Source: the human T2T-CHM13v2.0 reference genome, Homo sapiens. From it: a stretch of 64,000 nucleotides of DNA. The notes beneath the pieces were generated by a model, which ran no database searches, was not told the DNA's origin, and saw only the letters and a program-made list of their open reading frames with translations. Below, one piece after another: positions 27,926 through 40,003 of this stretch (positions are counted from its first letter, which is position 1; every line of letters starts with the position of its first letter). The stretch lies in the NCBI GenBank assembly GCA_009914755.4, contig CP068257.2, forward strand, positions 17,056,001 to 17,120,000. Direction: 5' to 3'. Position numbers and translations under genes: made by a program.

Positions 27926-28854
27926 TTGTTTTAGATGCATGTTATTTGACTTAAGATTTGTATTAATATCAAAGGGACAACTTTGGGGCTTGAAGATGGC
28001 TGACTAGAGGGACCTGACACTTGCCTTCTCCACAAAGAAGGACCAAAACAGCAAATAAATAATCACACGTTGAATAGAGTGTCTGAGAGAGAACAGTAGA
28101 ATTCAGCAGAGAAATCACAGGAAAGCTCTGAGATACACACAGAAGAGAGAAGCAAAGCAGTTCACTGGTCAGGATTGGCTGGGAGCCTCAGGAGAGAGAA
28201 ACTTCCCAGCGTAGGAAAAAGGTAAATGAGAGATCACCTGCGGTCCTCATTTCCACCATGAACGTCTGCTATCTGCAAGCGGAGAAGCCCCTTGGCCCTT
28301 GCAGGCCCTGAGACCAGTATAGGAAGCCGTATAGAGTCCATATGATTGTATTGTTCCAAAGTGGGAGTTCATGCTGGATCATATCAACCTCCTTGCCACC
28401 CCATGCTAGACTCAAGCAGCTACAGGAGGGTACCATTTTGAGAGCCCATCAGCTACCAGACTATATCCTTCCCTGGGACCCAATAGCCACTGTTTTTCCC
28501 CTTCCCTTGAGACCCCTGCTGACATCTCCCTAGATCCACTCAGAGATCTGCAGTATCAGGACACAGACTGAACCTGTCACTGTTGCCAGGTCCCCAGGAC
28601 TCTAGACTTCGCAGTGTCCTACAGCCTGGGAAAAGTGCATGCATCACACCAGGGAGTCTGCCCGTGGAACAAGACAAAGGAAGCCAAAGCATTTGATGCC
28701 CAGAGTCTGAGAGACCCTGCCCAGGGCCACTGTCACAGACACTAACCTCCCACTCCAAGCAGCAGGACCACTGCTCATCTGCATGTGCCTTCAGGGGGCC
28801 CAGGGGCCAACCTGCCCAGAAACCATCTGGGGTTTAAGAATATTCCAATTCTTG

Positions 28855-29204
28855 CGATAGTTTGCTGAGAATGATGGTTTCCAGCTTTATCCATGCAAAC
28901 TGTCGCAAGGACAAAAAACCAAACACCACATGTTCTCACTCATAGGTGGGAATTGAACAATGAGAACACATGGACACAGGAAGGGGAACATCACACACCG
29001 GGGCCTGTTGTGGGGTGGGGGGAGGGGGGAGGGATAGCATTAGGAGATATACCTAATGTTAAATGACGAGTTAATGGGTGCAGCACACCAACATGGCACA
29101 TGTATACATATGTAACTAACCTGCACATTGTGCACATGTACTCTAAAATTTAAAGTATAATAAAGAAATAAATAAAAAATAAAAAATGGAAAAAAAAAAG
29201 AAAA
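28855..29204 (+). mobile_element. Young L1 (L1PA-type) 3'-end fragment (~350 bp) with a 5' inversion (twin priming), poly-A tail and ~18-bp target-site duplication, nested in the 5' UTR of the old L1
   Basis: Forward part 'caaactgtcgcaaggacaaaaaaccaaacaccacatgttctcactcataggtgggaattgaacaatgagaacacatggacac...gggatagcattaggagatatacctaatgttaaatgacgagttaatgggtgcagcacaccaacatggcacatgtatacatatgtaactaacctgcacattgtgcacatgtactctaaaatttaaagtataataaa' is followed by A-rich sequence. The first 41 bp 'cgatagtttgctgagaatgatggtttccagctttatccatg' is the reverse complement of the immediately upstream L1 sequence. TSD 'aagaatattccaat(t)cttg' lies at 28836-28854 and 29205-29222. Confidence 0.8.
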
Positions 29205-29888
29205 AAGAATATTCCAATCTTGCCTAGTGACCCTAGCACCGTGCATGCCATTTGGGAGCCTGAGGACAACTCAACCTACCACCATTGGCACCCTTGCATG
29301 CTGTCTGGGGGCGTGAAAATTCAAGTATACTGTCCTGCTGCTGCCAGTGCCAGCTCACACAATCAGGAGACTGGAGGACTGGACTGCCCCACCCTCACCT
29401 TCCTGCAGCAGTGCACATGAATACCACCGGGGGGCCTGAAAACAGTTCTGCCCTGCCCATTGCCATCTCCATTAGCACCCAAGCATGCTGTCTAGGGGCC
29501 GAAAAATGAATCTTCATAAATTTAAATAAATTAAAATCATATCAAACATCTTCCCACATCATAATAGAGTAAAATTAGAAATCAATACCAAGTAGAACTT
29601 TGGAAACTGTACAAATACATGGAAATTAAGCAACATGCTCCTGAGTGACCACTGGTTCAATAAAGAAATTAAAAATAAATTAAAACATTTTTTGAAACAA
29701 ATGAAAATAGAAACACAAATACCAAAACCTAGGGGGTAGAGCAAAGGCAGTGGTAAGATGGAAGTTTGTAGTTATAAATACCTACACCTCACAAAGAGTA
29801 GAAATATTTCAAATAAACAACCTGATTACTTGCCACCTCAAAAAGCTAGGAAAACAAACAAAAAAAGCAAATAATCAAACTCAAAATT

Positions 29889-30037
29889 ATTAATTTTTTA
29901 AATTTAAATTTTTATTTAATTTAGTTATTTTTTAGAGACTGGGTCTCCCTCTGTTGTCCAGGCTGGCCCTCAAGTGATCCTCCCGTTTTGGCCTCCCAAA
30001 GCACTGTGATTATAGGTGACAGCCACTGCACTCAACC
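29889..30037 (-). mobile_element. 5'-truncated Alu fragment (right-arm ~115 bp plus degenerate A-tail) with a 14-bp TSD, nested in the old L1
   Basis: 'ttttttagagactgggtctccctctgttgtccaggctggccctcaagtgatcctcccgttttggcctcccaaagcactgtgattataggtgacagccactgcactcaacc'. TSD 'caaactcaaaatta' lies at 29876-29889 and 30038-30051. Confidence 0.7.
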
Positions 30038-33000
30038 CAAACTCAAAATTAGTAGAAGAAAATAAATCATAAAAATCAGAGCAGAACTGGATAAAATAGA
30101 GACTAAAAATTTACAAAGTATCCATGAAACAAAAAGTGTTTTTTTGAAAAAAGATAAACAAGATCAATAAACTGATAGTTTGACTAACCAAGAAAAAGAG
30201 AGAGAAGACATAAAAAAGTAAAAGTAAAAATTAAAAAGGAGACATTAAACTGGTATCAGAAAAATAAAAAATATCATTAAAAACTGTTATGAAGCACTAT
30301 ATGCTAACAAATTGGAAAATCTAAAGAAAATGGATAAATACCTAGATACACATAACCTACCAGGATTGCATAAAGAAATTAAAAATTTGAACAGATCAAT
30401 AAGAAGTAACAAAATTGAAGCAGTAATAAGTCTCCCATCAAAGAAAAGCCCAGAACCTGATGGCTTAACTGCTGAATTTTATCAAATTTATCAAGAAGAA
30501 CTAAAATGAATTTCTCTGAAACTATTCAAAAAAAATTTAAGATGAGCCCTCTATGAGGCCAGCATTGCCCTGATACCAAATCCAGGAAAGGCATAACAAA
30601 AATAGAAAACCACAGGCCAATACTCCTGAATAACATAGATGCAAAATTCCTCAACAAAATACTAGTAAAACAAATCAAACAACATAGCAAAATACACCAA
30701 GATCTAGTGGGATTTATCAAAGGGACACAAGTATGGTTCCACATATGTAAATGGATAAATGTAATACATCACATGAACAGAATGAAGGACAAAAATTGTA
30801 ATATCACCTCAATAAATACATAAAAAGCACCTGATAAAATTCCGAATCCTTTATGATAAAAACTCTCAAGATATTAGGCACGGAAGGAACATAGCTCAAC
30901 ATAGTAAAGAAAATATATTGCTGACCCATAGGTAACATCATATTGGATGGGGAAAAGCTGAAATCTTTTCCCCTAAAAACTAGAAAAAGATAAGAATGCC
31001 CACTTTCACCGCTGTTATTCAACATAGTATTAGAAGTTCTGGCCAGAACAGGCAGGCAAAGGGAAGAAATAAAAGGAATTCAAACTGGAAAAAAGAAGTC
31101 AAAATGTATCTCTTTGCAGATAAGATGATCTTATATATTTAAAAACAAACAAAACACTAAGACTCCACCAAAAAAAAAAAAACCATTTAGAACTAATAAA
31201 TGAATTCAGTAAAGTTGCAGGATACAAATTCAATATATAAAAATCACTAACATTTCCACACACCAAAAACAAATTAGCTGAAAAAGAAATTTAAAAGGCA
31301 ATCCCTTTTATAAAAGCTAGAAAAAAAAATATCTAGAAATAAATTTAACCAAGAAGTCAAAAGACCTCTGCAAGGAAAACTACAAAACACTGATGAAAGA
31401 AATTGAGGAGGATACAGATAAATAGCAAAAATCTTCTGCTCATGGAATGGAAGCATTAATATTGCTTAAATGTCTATACCACCCAAAGTGATCTACAGAT
31501 TCAATGTAATCTTGATCAAAGTAACAATGGCATTCTTTGCAGAAATAGAAACAAAAATTCTAAAATTTGTATGACACTATAAAAGACCTGAATAACCAAA
31601 GCAATCTGAACCAAAGAACCAAACTGGAAGCCATCACACTACTTGACTTCAAAATATACTCCAAAGCTGTAATAACCAAAACATCAAGGTGCTAACATGA
31701 AAACAAACAAGACCAATGGTACAGAATACAAAACCCAGAAATAAATCCAAATATTTACAGCCAACTGATTTTTTGATAAAGAGCCCAAAAATATACATTG
31801 GTGAAAGGACACCCTCTTCAATAAATGGTTCTAGGAAACCTGAATATCTATTATGCAAAAAGAATGAAACTATATTCCTATCTCTTGCTGTATAAAAAAT
31901 TAACTCAAAATGAATTAAATACTTCACTATAAGACCTGAAACTATAAAAATACTAGAAGAAAACCTAGGCAATACTCACATGGACATTGATTTAGGCAAA
32001 GAGAATTTATGACAAAGACCTCATAAGCTCAGGCAACAAAAGCAAAAATAGATAAATGGGACTATTAAATTAAAAAGCTCTGCATAGCAAAGGAAAAAGT
32101 CAGCAGAGTGAGAGACAACCTGTACAATGGGAGAAAATATTTGCAAACTAATCATCCAAGAAGGGACTAATATCCAGAATATATCAGGAACCCAAACAAT
32201 TGAACTGCAAAATAATAGAATCCCATTAAAAAGTGAAAAAAGAACATTTTTCAAAAGAAGACCAGTATAAATAGCCAACAGATACATGAAAATAAGTTCA
32301 ACATTACTAATGATCAAGAAAATGCAGATCAAAACTACAATAAGCTATCACCTCATCCCAGTTAGAATGGCTACTCTCAAAAACACAAAATATAGCAAAT
32401 GCTGGCAAGGATGCAGAGAACAGGGAACTCTTATAGACTATTGGTGGAATGTAAATTAGTATAGCCATTATGAAATACAGTGTGGAGAGTTCTCAAAAAC
32501 TGAAAATAGAATTACAATATAATCTAGCAATTTCAATACTATGTATTTATCCAAAGGAAAATAAATCAGTATATCAGAGTAATACCCGCACCCCAATGTT
32601 TTGTGGAGCACTACTCACAATAACAAAGATAGGAAACAACCTCAGTATCCATCAATGAACAAATAAATAAAAAAAGTTATAACTTTATGGTATAAAATAA
32701 AACATAGTATATATAACATTTATAGAAAGCGCTCTCTCTCTCTGTGCATGTATATGGTTGAATAGTATTTAGCTATAAAAAAGAATGGAATCCTGTCATT
32801 TGCAGTAATGTGGATAGAACTGGAGGTCATTATGTATAAAGTAAAATAAGCCAGGCTCAGAGAGATATCACACATTCTAGCTCATATGTGGGAGCTAAAG
32901 AAGTGTATCTTGTGGAGGTAGAGATTAGAATGATAGTCACAAGTGTGTAGAAAGGGTGGGGAAGTGGAAGAAGCAAGGTTGGTTAATGGGTACAAACATA

Positions 33001-35111
33001 CATATCGATAGCACAGAAGGCTAATTATCTATAATTGTTATCTATAACAACAAAGTAATTTTGGAATATAGTAATTTTTCTCACTGTTTAAAACATAAGA
33101 TATGTCTGTGGATCTAAGGAAAGTTGTCTAAGATTCATATGATTTAATAACATCCAGATACTTAACCAGGTACACTTAGGAATTTATGTTGAATTGTACA
33201 ATATTTTGAGAAAAAATGATTATTTGCTAAATAGTGTGAGAATAACTTTCTAGAATATATGATCAGCAAGTGCAAGGATTATTTTCTATTTTGGTCAATG
33301 CTATGTCTTCAGGGCCTAGCATATATCGACAATAAATAATTGTGAGATGAATAAGTAAATCCTAAAATTCCAAACCATTTCAATTTAGTGATATAAGTTT
33401 TTAAGCTTTTACTGCAACTAGCTTTTGCCCCTTGCAAATATCTGAGATATATCCTATAATGGGTAAATACTTACAAGTTTAAAATGTTTTTATATACATA
33501 GGGAATTAAGACTTTTTGCTTAAACAATTCTCATATCCTTGTAATGAGTCAGAAATTTGTATCCCTAATTGACAGTAGAAGATTATGGATAAGGCAGACT
33601 CTGAATGGTGCTCAACTAATAGTCATTCTCTTCTTCCTTAGAGCAACCTCATTTGGATGGAGCAGCAAAGTGCCAACTGGAAGACGTGGAATCCCAGCTT
33701 CTCTTACAGTGTGTGGTGGCCCCTGACAAGAAGGTTCTTACCTGTCAGATATGGGTAGATAAATTTGGGGTTTTTGTCTTTTCAAAGATATAATGTTTTT
33801 CCTTGTCTTGAACTTATCCTTTTACCAGCCCTTCTTCCCCACTGGAACCCAGCCACAGTGCTTGAAATGCACGCCTCTATACATTTTAAGAAAAACAATC
33901 CTTCATTTTGTTTAACCCATTTTATTGTTTTGATGATATATTTGTAGTATGTAGCTGAACTTACGCTTAACATAGGCATGGTGGCTTAGAAAGTTATATA
34001 TCTAGCATGGCCAAATCTAAATTGTCAAGTCCATGTTTAAAAACTCAACTTATCCATCTCCACAATTCATGTACTTTTCATAATGCTGCACTTTCTTTTG
34101 AAAGTCCTAGATGCTCAATCCAGTGCTCATCATTAGTATGTCCATTATATACCTTCCATATTTTATATTCTTTCAAATACAACTCCAGGGAAAATAATAT
34201 ACAAAATAGGATTTCAAATAGAAGAATGACTAAAAATGAACAGATCTCAGTGCTCATTTATAAGTTTGTCCTTTAAGATGTCTTCATTGAGTTAAGAAAC
34301 ACCTGGGGCTATTTTAAATGAAAATTGTTTTTTCAAGATTTTTTTTATCATTTAGACCAAGATAAACGCTATGATTTTTTTCTAGCAATAGCAACTTCTT
34401 TTGTTATAAAATATGGTCTTACTTTAAAAAGAAAAATCATTAAAATAAAAATATATTGGCAGAATCCTATCAAAAATGGTTCCTATTAATGACAGATCGA
34501 CATGTTAAAAAATCCTCGAAGTTTTATTTTCAAATTCTATAAGTTATTTCGTTTCTGAAATAAATCATAACTTTATTAAACATGGATGATAGAGTAAAAT
34601 TCATTTTCTGCTTCCAGGCAATACATGTTGGGAGGAGACATAAAATGTATTCATAAAGATAAAAACTTGAAAGTATAGGATGTCATAGGAAGTTCACTGC
34701 ATTTATACTTAGAGATGTACTATAAACCAAGTTCAAACATTAATTGAATGAGCAAGAACAAATATTTTAACTTCCTTAAACTTTGTTCTATCATTTAGAA
34801 AATGAGATCTTGTTATATTTGCCAAATGCTTTGATTTTTAAAAGGTTAAAAAAATTATGCAATTTCTTTGAAAACTGGTAGACCTATAAAACATATTAGC
34901 TATGTTTGAATACAAAAAATAAATTAGAAAAATAATTTAGTTTTATATTTATTATGACAGTCTTGAGGTTGAGACGATTAAGACATGATACTAAATAATT
35001 AACTAAAACAAAAACCGAATAATTACAAGATATCTCTAAAAGTTTAATGTTGCATCAAACACCGTGTGTTAATTTGGATCTATACATTCATACTTTTAAA
35101 AATGTATAGGT

Positions 35112-35660
35112 TTTGTTTTTTAATTTTTAATTTTTGAGAGTACATAGTAGGTGTATATATTTATGGGGTATGTGAGATGTTTGGATACAGGTATGCAATG
35201 TGTAATAAGCACATCATGAAAAATGAGGTGTCCGCCGCTCAAGCATTTATCCTTTGTGTTACCAACATTCCAATTATACTTTCAGTTATTTTAATATGTA
35301 CAATTAAATTATTTACTATAGTCACTCTGTTGTGCAATCCAAAACTAACTCTTATTCTATTTTTTGTGTGTACCCATTAACCATCCCCATCTCCCCTCTA
35401 CCTGCCCCCAATACCCTTCCAAGCCTCTGATAACCATCCTACTCTCTGTCTCCATGAGTCCAACTGTTTTGACTTTTAGATTCCACAAATAAGTGAGCAC
35501 ATGCAGTGTTTGTATTTCTGTGTCTGGCTTATTTAACATGACATAATGACCTGCAGTTCCATTCATGCTGTTGCAAATGACAGGATCCCATTCTTTTTAT
35601 AACCAAATAGTATTCCATTGTGTATAATGATAATATTTTCTTTATCTATTTATCTGTTTC
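35112..35660 (-). mobile_element. Old L1 (L1PB/L1MA-like), 3'-terminal part on the minus strand; left flank of the THE1 insertion
   Basis: 'ttttgagagtacatagtaggtgtatatatttatggggtatgtgagatgtttggatacaggtatgcaatgtgtaataagcacatcatg...ccattcatgctgttgcaaatgacaggatcccattctttttataacc' is the reverse complement of an old L1 3' end. Confidence 0.7.
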
Positions 35661-37850
35661 TGATATGGTTTGGCTCTGTTCCCACCCAAATTTCACCTTG
35701 AATTGTAGCTCCCATAATTCCCACGTTGTGGGAGGGACTCAGGGGGAGATAATTGAATCATGGGGGCAGTTCCCCCATGCTGTTCTCAAGGTAGTGAATA
35801 AGTCTCACAAGATCTGATGGTTTTTATAAGGGGAAACCCCTTTCACTTGGCTCTCTTTACTCCCACCACCATATAGGAAGAGCCTTTTACCTTCTGCCAT
35901 GATTGTGAGGCCTCCCCCACCACATGGAACTGTGAGTCCATTAAACCTCTTTTTCTTTACAAATTACCAGTCTTGGGTTTGTCTTTATCAGCAAGATGAA
36001 AACGGACTAATACAGTAAGTTTGGAGGGCTCAGAAGAAGACAAGAAAATGTAGCAAAGTTTAAAACTTACTAGAGACTTGTTGAATGGCTTTGACCAAAA
36101 TGCTGATAATTATATGGACAATGAAATTCAAGCTGAGGTGGTCTCAGATGAAGAGGAGAAACTTGTTGGGAACTGGAGTAAAGGTGACTCTTGCTATGTT
36201 TTAGCAAATAGACAAGTGACATTTTGCCCCTGCACTAGAGATTTGTGGAACTTTGAACTCGAGGGAGATGATTTAGGGCATCTGGTGGAAGAAATTTCTA
36301 AGGAGCAAAGCATTCAAGACGTGACTTGGATGCTGTTAAAAGCATTCAGTTTTAAAAAGCAAACAGGGCATAAAAGTTTAGAAAATTTGCAGCCTGGTGA
36401 TGGGATAGAAAAGAAAATTCCATTTTCTGAGGAGAAATTCAAGCCAACTGTAGAAATTTGCACAAGTAACCAGGAGCCAAATGTTAATTCCAAAGACAAT
36501 GAGAAAAATGTCTCCAGGGCATGTCAGAGACCTTTGCAGAAGCCCCTCCCATCAGATGCCCAGAGGCCTAAAAGGAAAAAATGGTTCTCTGGGCTGGGCA
36601 CAGGATCCCACTGCTGTGTGCAGCCTAGGGACTTGGTGCCCTGCATCCCAGATGCTCTAGCCATGGCTAAAAGGGGCCAAGGTACAGCTCCAGTCAGGGC
36701 TTTAGAGGGTGCAACCCCCAAGTCTTGGCAGCTTCCATGTGGCATTGAGTCTGTGGGGGCACAGAAGTCAAGAACTGAGGTTTGGGAACCTCCACCTAGA
36801 TTTCAGAGGATATATGGCAACATCTGGATGTCCAGGCAGAAGTTTGTTGCAGGGGCAGAGCCCTCATGGAGAACCTCTGCTAGGGCAGTGTGGAAGGGAA
36901 ATATGGAGGGGAAGCCCCTAACACAGAGTCCCTACTGTGGCACTGCCTAGTGGAGCTGTGAGAAGAGGGCCACCATCCTCCAGACCCCAGAATCATAGAT
37001 CCACCAACAGCTTGCAAGGTGCCCCCGGAAAAGCTGCAGACACTCAACCCCAGCCCGTGAGAGCAGCTGGGAGGGAGGCTGTACCCTGCAAAGCCACAGG
37101 GGTGGAGCTGCCCAAGATCATGAGAACCCACCTCTCGCATCAGTGTGACTGTGAGACAGGGAGTCAAAGGAGATCATTTTGGAGCTTTAAAATTTGACTA
37201 CCCTACTGGATTTTGGAATTGCATGGGGCCTGTAGTGCTGTCATTTTGGTCAATTTTTTCCTTTTGGAATGGGTTATTTACCCAATGCCTGCACCCCCAT
37301 TTTATCTAGGAAGTAAATAACTTGCTTTTGATTTTACAGGCTTGTAGGCAGAAGGGACTTGCCTTATCTCGAATGAGACTTTGGACGGTGGACTTTTGAG
37401 TTAATGCTGAAATGAGTTAAGCCTTTGGGAGATTGTTGGGAAGGCATGATTGTGTATTGAAATGAGAGCACATGAGATTTGGGAGGGGCCAGGGGTGGAA
37501 TGATATCGTTTGCCTGTGTCTTCACCCAAATTTCATCTTGATTTGTAGCTCCCATAATTCCCACGTGTTGTAGGAGGGGCCCGGGGGCAGATAATTGAAT
37601 CATGGGGGTGGTTTTCCCAATACTGTCCTTGTGGTAGTGAATAAGTCTCATAAAATCTGATGGTTTTATAAAGGGAAACCTCTTTTGCTTGGCTCTTTCT
37701 CTCTCTTGCCAAGTAGTGCCTTTCATCTCTGCCGTAATTGTAAGGCCTCCCCCACCAGATAGAACTGTGAGTCCACTAAACCTGTTTTTCTTTATAAATT
37801 ACCCAATCTCTGATATGTCCTTATCAGCAGTGTGAAAATGGACTAATACG
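35661..37850 (+). mobile_element. Full-length THE1-type ERVL-MaLR element (5' LTR 35661-36014, internal 36015-37500, 3' LTR 37501-37850) with a 5-bp TSD GTTTC, inserted into a minus-strand L1
   Basis: LTRs read 'TGATATGGTTTGGCTCTGTTCCCACCCAAATTTCACCTTGAATTGTAGCTCCCATAATTCCCACGTTGTGGGAGGG...GGACTAATACA' and 'TGATATCGTTTGCCTGTGTCTTCACCC...GGACTAATACG'. Flanks are 'ctgtttc|TGATATGG' and 'TAATACG|gtttccaaatc'. L1 sequence continues on both sides. Confidence 0.85.
36078..36950 (+). CDS. Uninterrupted 290-aa ORF inside the THE1 internal region (probably a gag-derived MaLR internal ORF remnant); function and expression unknown
   Basis: ORF track 36078..36950; its first ~60 aa (MLNGFDQNADNYMDNEIQAEVVSDEEEKLVGNWSKGDSCYVLANRQ...) are homologous to the 5' half of the 62-aa ORF 15668-15856 (MDNEFQAEVVSDGGEGLVGNLNRSDSCYALAKRLVAYCNSPRDLWNCELEKDDLWYLVDRNF) in the other THE1 copy, where the reading frame is broken. 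Confidence 0.3.
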   Translation: MLNGFDQNADNYMDNEIQAEVVSDEEEKLVGNWSKGDSCYVLANRQVTFCPCTRDLWNFELEGDDLGHLVEEISKEQSIQDVTWMLLKAFSFKKQTGHKSLENLQPGDGIEKKIPFSEEKFKPTVEICTSNQEPNVNSKDNEKNVSRACQRPLQKPLPSDAQRPKRKKWFSGLGTGSHCCVQPRDLVPCIPDALAMAKRGQGTAPVRALEGATPKSWQLPCGIESVGAQKSRTEVWEPPPRFQRIYGNIWMSRQKFVAGAEPSWRTSARAVWKGNMEGKPLTQSPYCGTA

Positions 37851-39420
37851 GTTTCCAAATCTTGGCTATTATAAACAGTGCTGCGACAAACATAGGGGTG
37901 AAGATGTATCTTCCATATACTGATTTCCTTTCTTTTGAATGTATAATCCAGGTACCGCTGGATTATATGGTATCTCTATTTTTAGTTTTTTTGTGGAACC
38001 TCAAAACTGTTCTTCAGAATGATTGTACTAATTTATATTCCCACCACAAGTGTACAAGGGTTCCCTTTTTACATCTTCACTGGTATTTGCTATTGCCTGT
38101 CTTTTGGATAAAAGCCATGTTAACTAGGGTGAGATGATATTTCATTGTAGTTTTGATTTGCATTTCTCTGATGATCAATAATGTTGAGCATATTTTATAT
38201 ACCTATTTACCATTTATATAACTTCTTTTCAGAAATGTCTGTTTATTACCCACTTTTAAATCAGATTATTTGATTTTTTTTCTTATAAAGTTGCTTGAGC
38301 TCCTTATATATACTGGTTACTAAATTGCCAGATGGGTAGTTTACAAACATTTTCTACCATTCTACGGGTTGTCTCTTTACTTTGTTGATTGTGTCCTTTG
38401 CTATGCAGAAGGTTTTTAACTTGAGGTGAACCCATTTGTCCATGTTTGCTTTGGTGCCCTGTGCTTATGGAGTAGTATTCAATAAAGTTTTTGCCCAGAC
38501 CAATGCCTGGAGAGTTTCCTCGGTGATTGCTTGGGGTAGTTTCATAGTTTGAAGTCTTAGATATAAGCTTTTAATCCATTTTGACTTGATTTTTGTATAT
38601 GGTGATAGTCTAGTTTCATTCTTCTGTATATGGATTATCAGTTTTCCCAGCACCATTTATCGAAGAGACTCTCTTCCCCAGTGTGTGTTCTTGGCACCTT
38701 TCTTGAAAATGAGTTCACTGTACAGGTGTGGATTTGTTTTCGGTTTCTCTATTCCATTCCACTGGTCTGTCTGTTTCTATGCCAGTACCGTGTTCTTTGG
38801 GTTACTATAACTGCAGTGTGATTTGAAGTCAGGTAATGCAGTTTCTTCTGTTTTGTTCTGTTTTTTTCACTTAGAATAGCTTTAGCCATTCTTGGTCTTT
38901 TTTGGTTTCATATAAATTTTAGGTTTTTTTTTTCTATTTCTCTGAAAAGTGCCATTGGTATTTTGATAGATATTACATTGAATCTGTAGATGATTTTGGG
39001 TAATGTGGATGTTTTAACAATATTGACTCTTCTAATCCATGAACGTGGGGTATCTTTCCCTTTTTTGGTGTCCTCTTCAATTTCCTTCAACAGTGTTTTA
39101 TGGTTTTTATTAGAGAGATCTTTGACTTCTTTGGTTAATTCCTAGGTATTTCATTTTATTTGTAGCTATTGTAAATGGATTACTTTTCTGATTTATTTTT
39201 CAGATTGTTTACTTTTGGCACATAAAAATACTCCTGATTTTTGTATGTTGTTTTGTGTCCTGCAACTTTACTGAATTTGTTTATCAGTTCTAATAGTATT
39301 TTGGTGGTGACTTTAGGTTTTTCCAAATATAGTATCATATCATCTGCAAACAATGATAATTTTATTTTTCATTTTCCATTTGGATGCCTTTGATTTCCTT
39401 CATTGTTATTCAACATAGGA
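37851..39420 (-). mobile_element. Old L1 (same element as 35112-35660), ORF2 C-terminal region on the minus strand; right flank of the THE1 insertion
   Basis: 'gtttccaaatcttggctattataaacagtgctgcgacaaacataggggtgaagatgtatc...cccaccacaagtgtacaagggttccc...gggtgagatgatatttcattgtagttttgatttgcatttctctgatgatcaataatgttgagcat...' is the reverse complement of the L1 ORF2 3' region. Confidence 0.75.
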
Positions 39421-39677
39421 CTTCACAGTACTTGTTGAATATCAGATCAATGCCCCAGAGAATAAAAATGGGCAACCTTATCATCCAGACCTTAGAGGAA
39501 AGGCTTTCAGTTAAGATGTGTATTTTTTGTATTTCATCTACAATTATTAAAATAAGCATAGCTTTTAAGCATTATTAGCATTAAGAAGAATATCTAAAAA
39601 GATAACATATTGATATGTTTATTTCTATAGTATCAAGAATTTAGGAAAAAAATAAGGAAATATGCTTTTTAAAAGAA

Positions 39678-40003
39678 GGATAGCCCATACATGGTGTCTC
39701 ACACCTGTAATGCTAGCAATTTGGGAAGAGGGCAGTTTGCTTGAGCCCAGGAGTTGGAGACCAGCCTGGGAAACATGGCAAAACCCACTTTCTACTGAAA
39801 AAAAAACAAAAAACAAAAAAATTAGCCAGGCATGGTGGTACATGCCTGTAGTCCCAGCACCTTGGAAGGCTGAGTTGGAAGGATCAACTGAACCCAGAAA
39901 GCCAAGGCTGCAGTGAGCTGAAATTGCACCACTGCACCCCAGCCTGGGCAACAGGAATGAGACCCTGTCTCAAAAAAACAAATAACGAAAAGAAAAGAAA
40001 AAG
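39678..40003 (+). mobile_element. Alu SINE (older subfamily, plus strand) with A-rich tail
   Basis: 'ggatagcccatacatggtgtctcacacctgtaatgctagcaatttgggaagagggcag...gcctgggcaacaggaatgagaccctgtctcaaaaaaacaaataacgaaaagaaaagaaaaa'. Confidence 0.85.

Larger units (their letters stand above)
27970..33080 (+). mobile_element. Old LINE-1 (L1PB/L1MA-like) with a long 5' UTR, an internal deletion (ORF1 and ORF2 endonuclease region absent), and ORF2 from about aa 220 to the C-terminus plus 3' UTR. It hosts two nested insertions
   Basis: The 5' end reads 'gggacaactttggggcttgaagatggctgactagagggacc' (L1 5'-UTR-like). From ~29540 the translation follows L1 ORF2 (...KLEINTK..NMLLSDHWFNKEIKNKLK.. at ~29545-29690, and ORF 30312-30509 'MENLKKMDKYLDTHNLPGLHKEIKNLNRSIRSNKIEAVISLPSKKSPEPDGLTAEFYQIYQEELK'). 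The 3' end reads '...gggtacaaacatacatatcgatagcacagaaggctaattatc'. Confidence 0.7.

Noticed and set aside
36880-37726. 95-aa and 120-aa minus-strand ORFs
   Set aside because: These are antisense to the THE1 internal region / 3' LTR and overlap the sense 290-aa ORF or LTR, so they are most likely chance frames in repeat DNA
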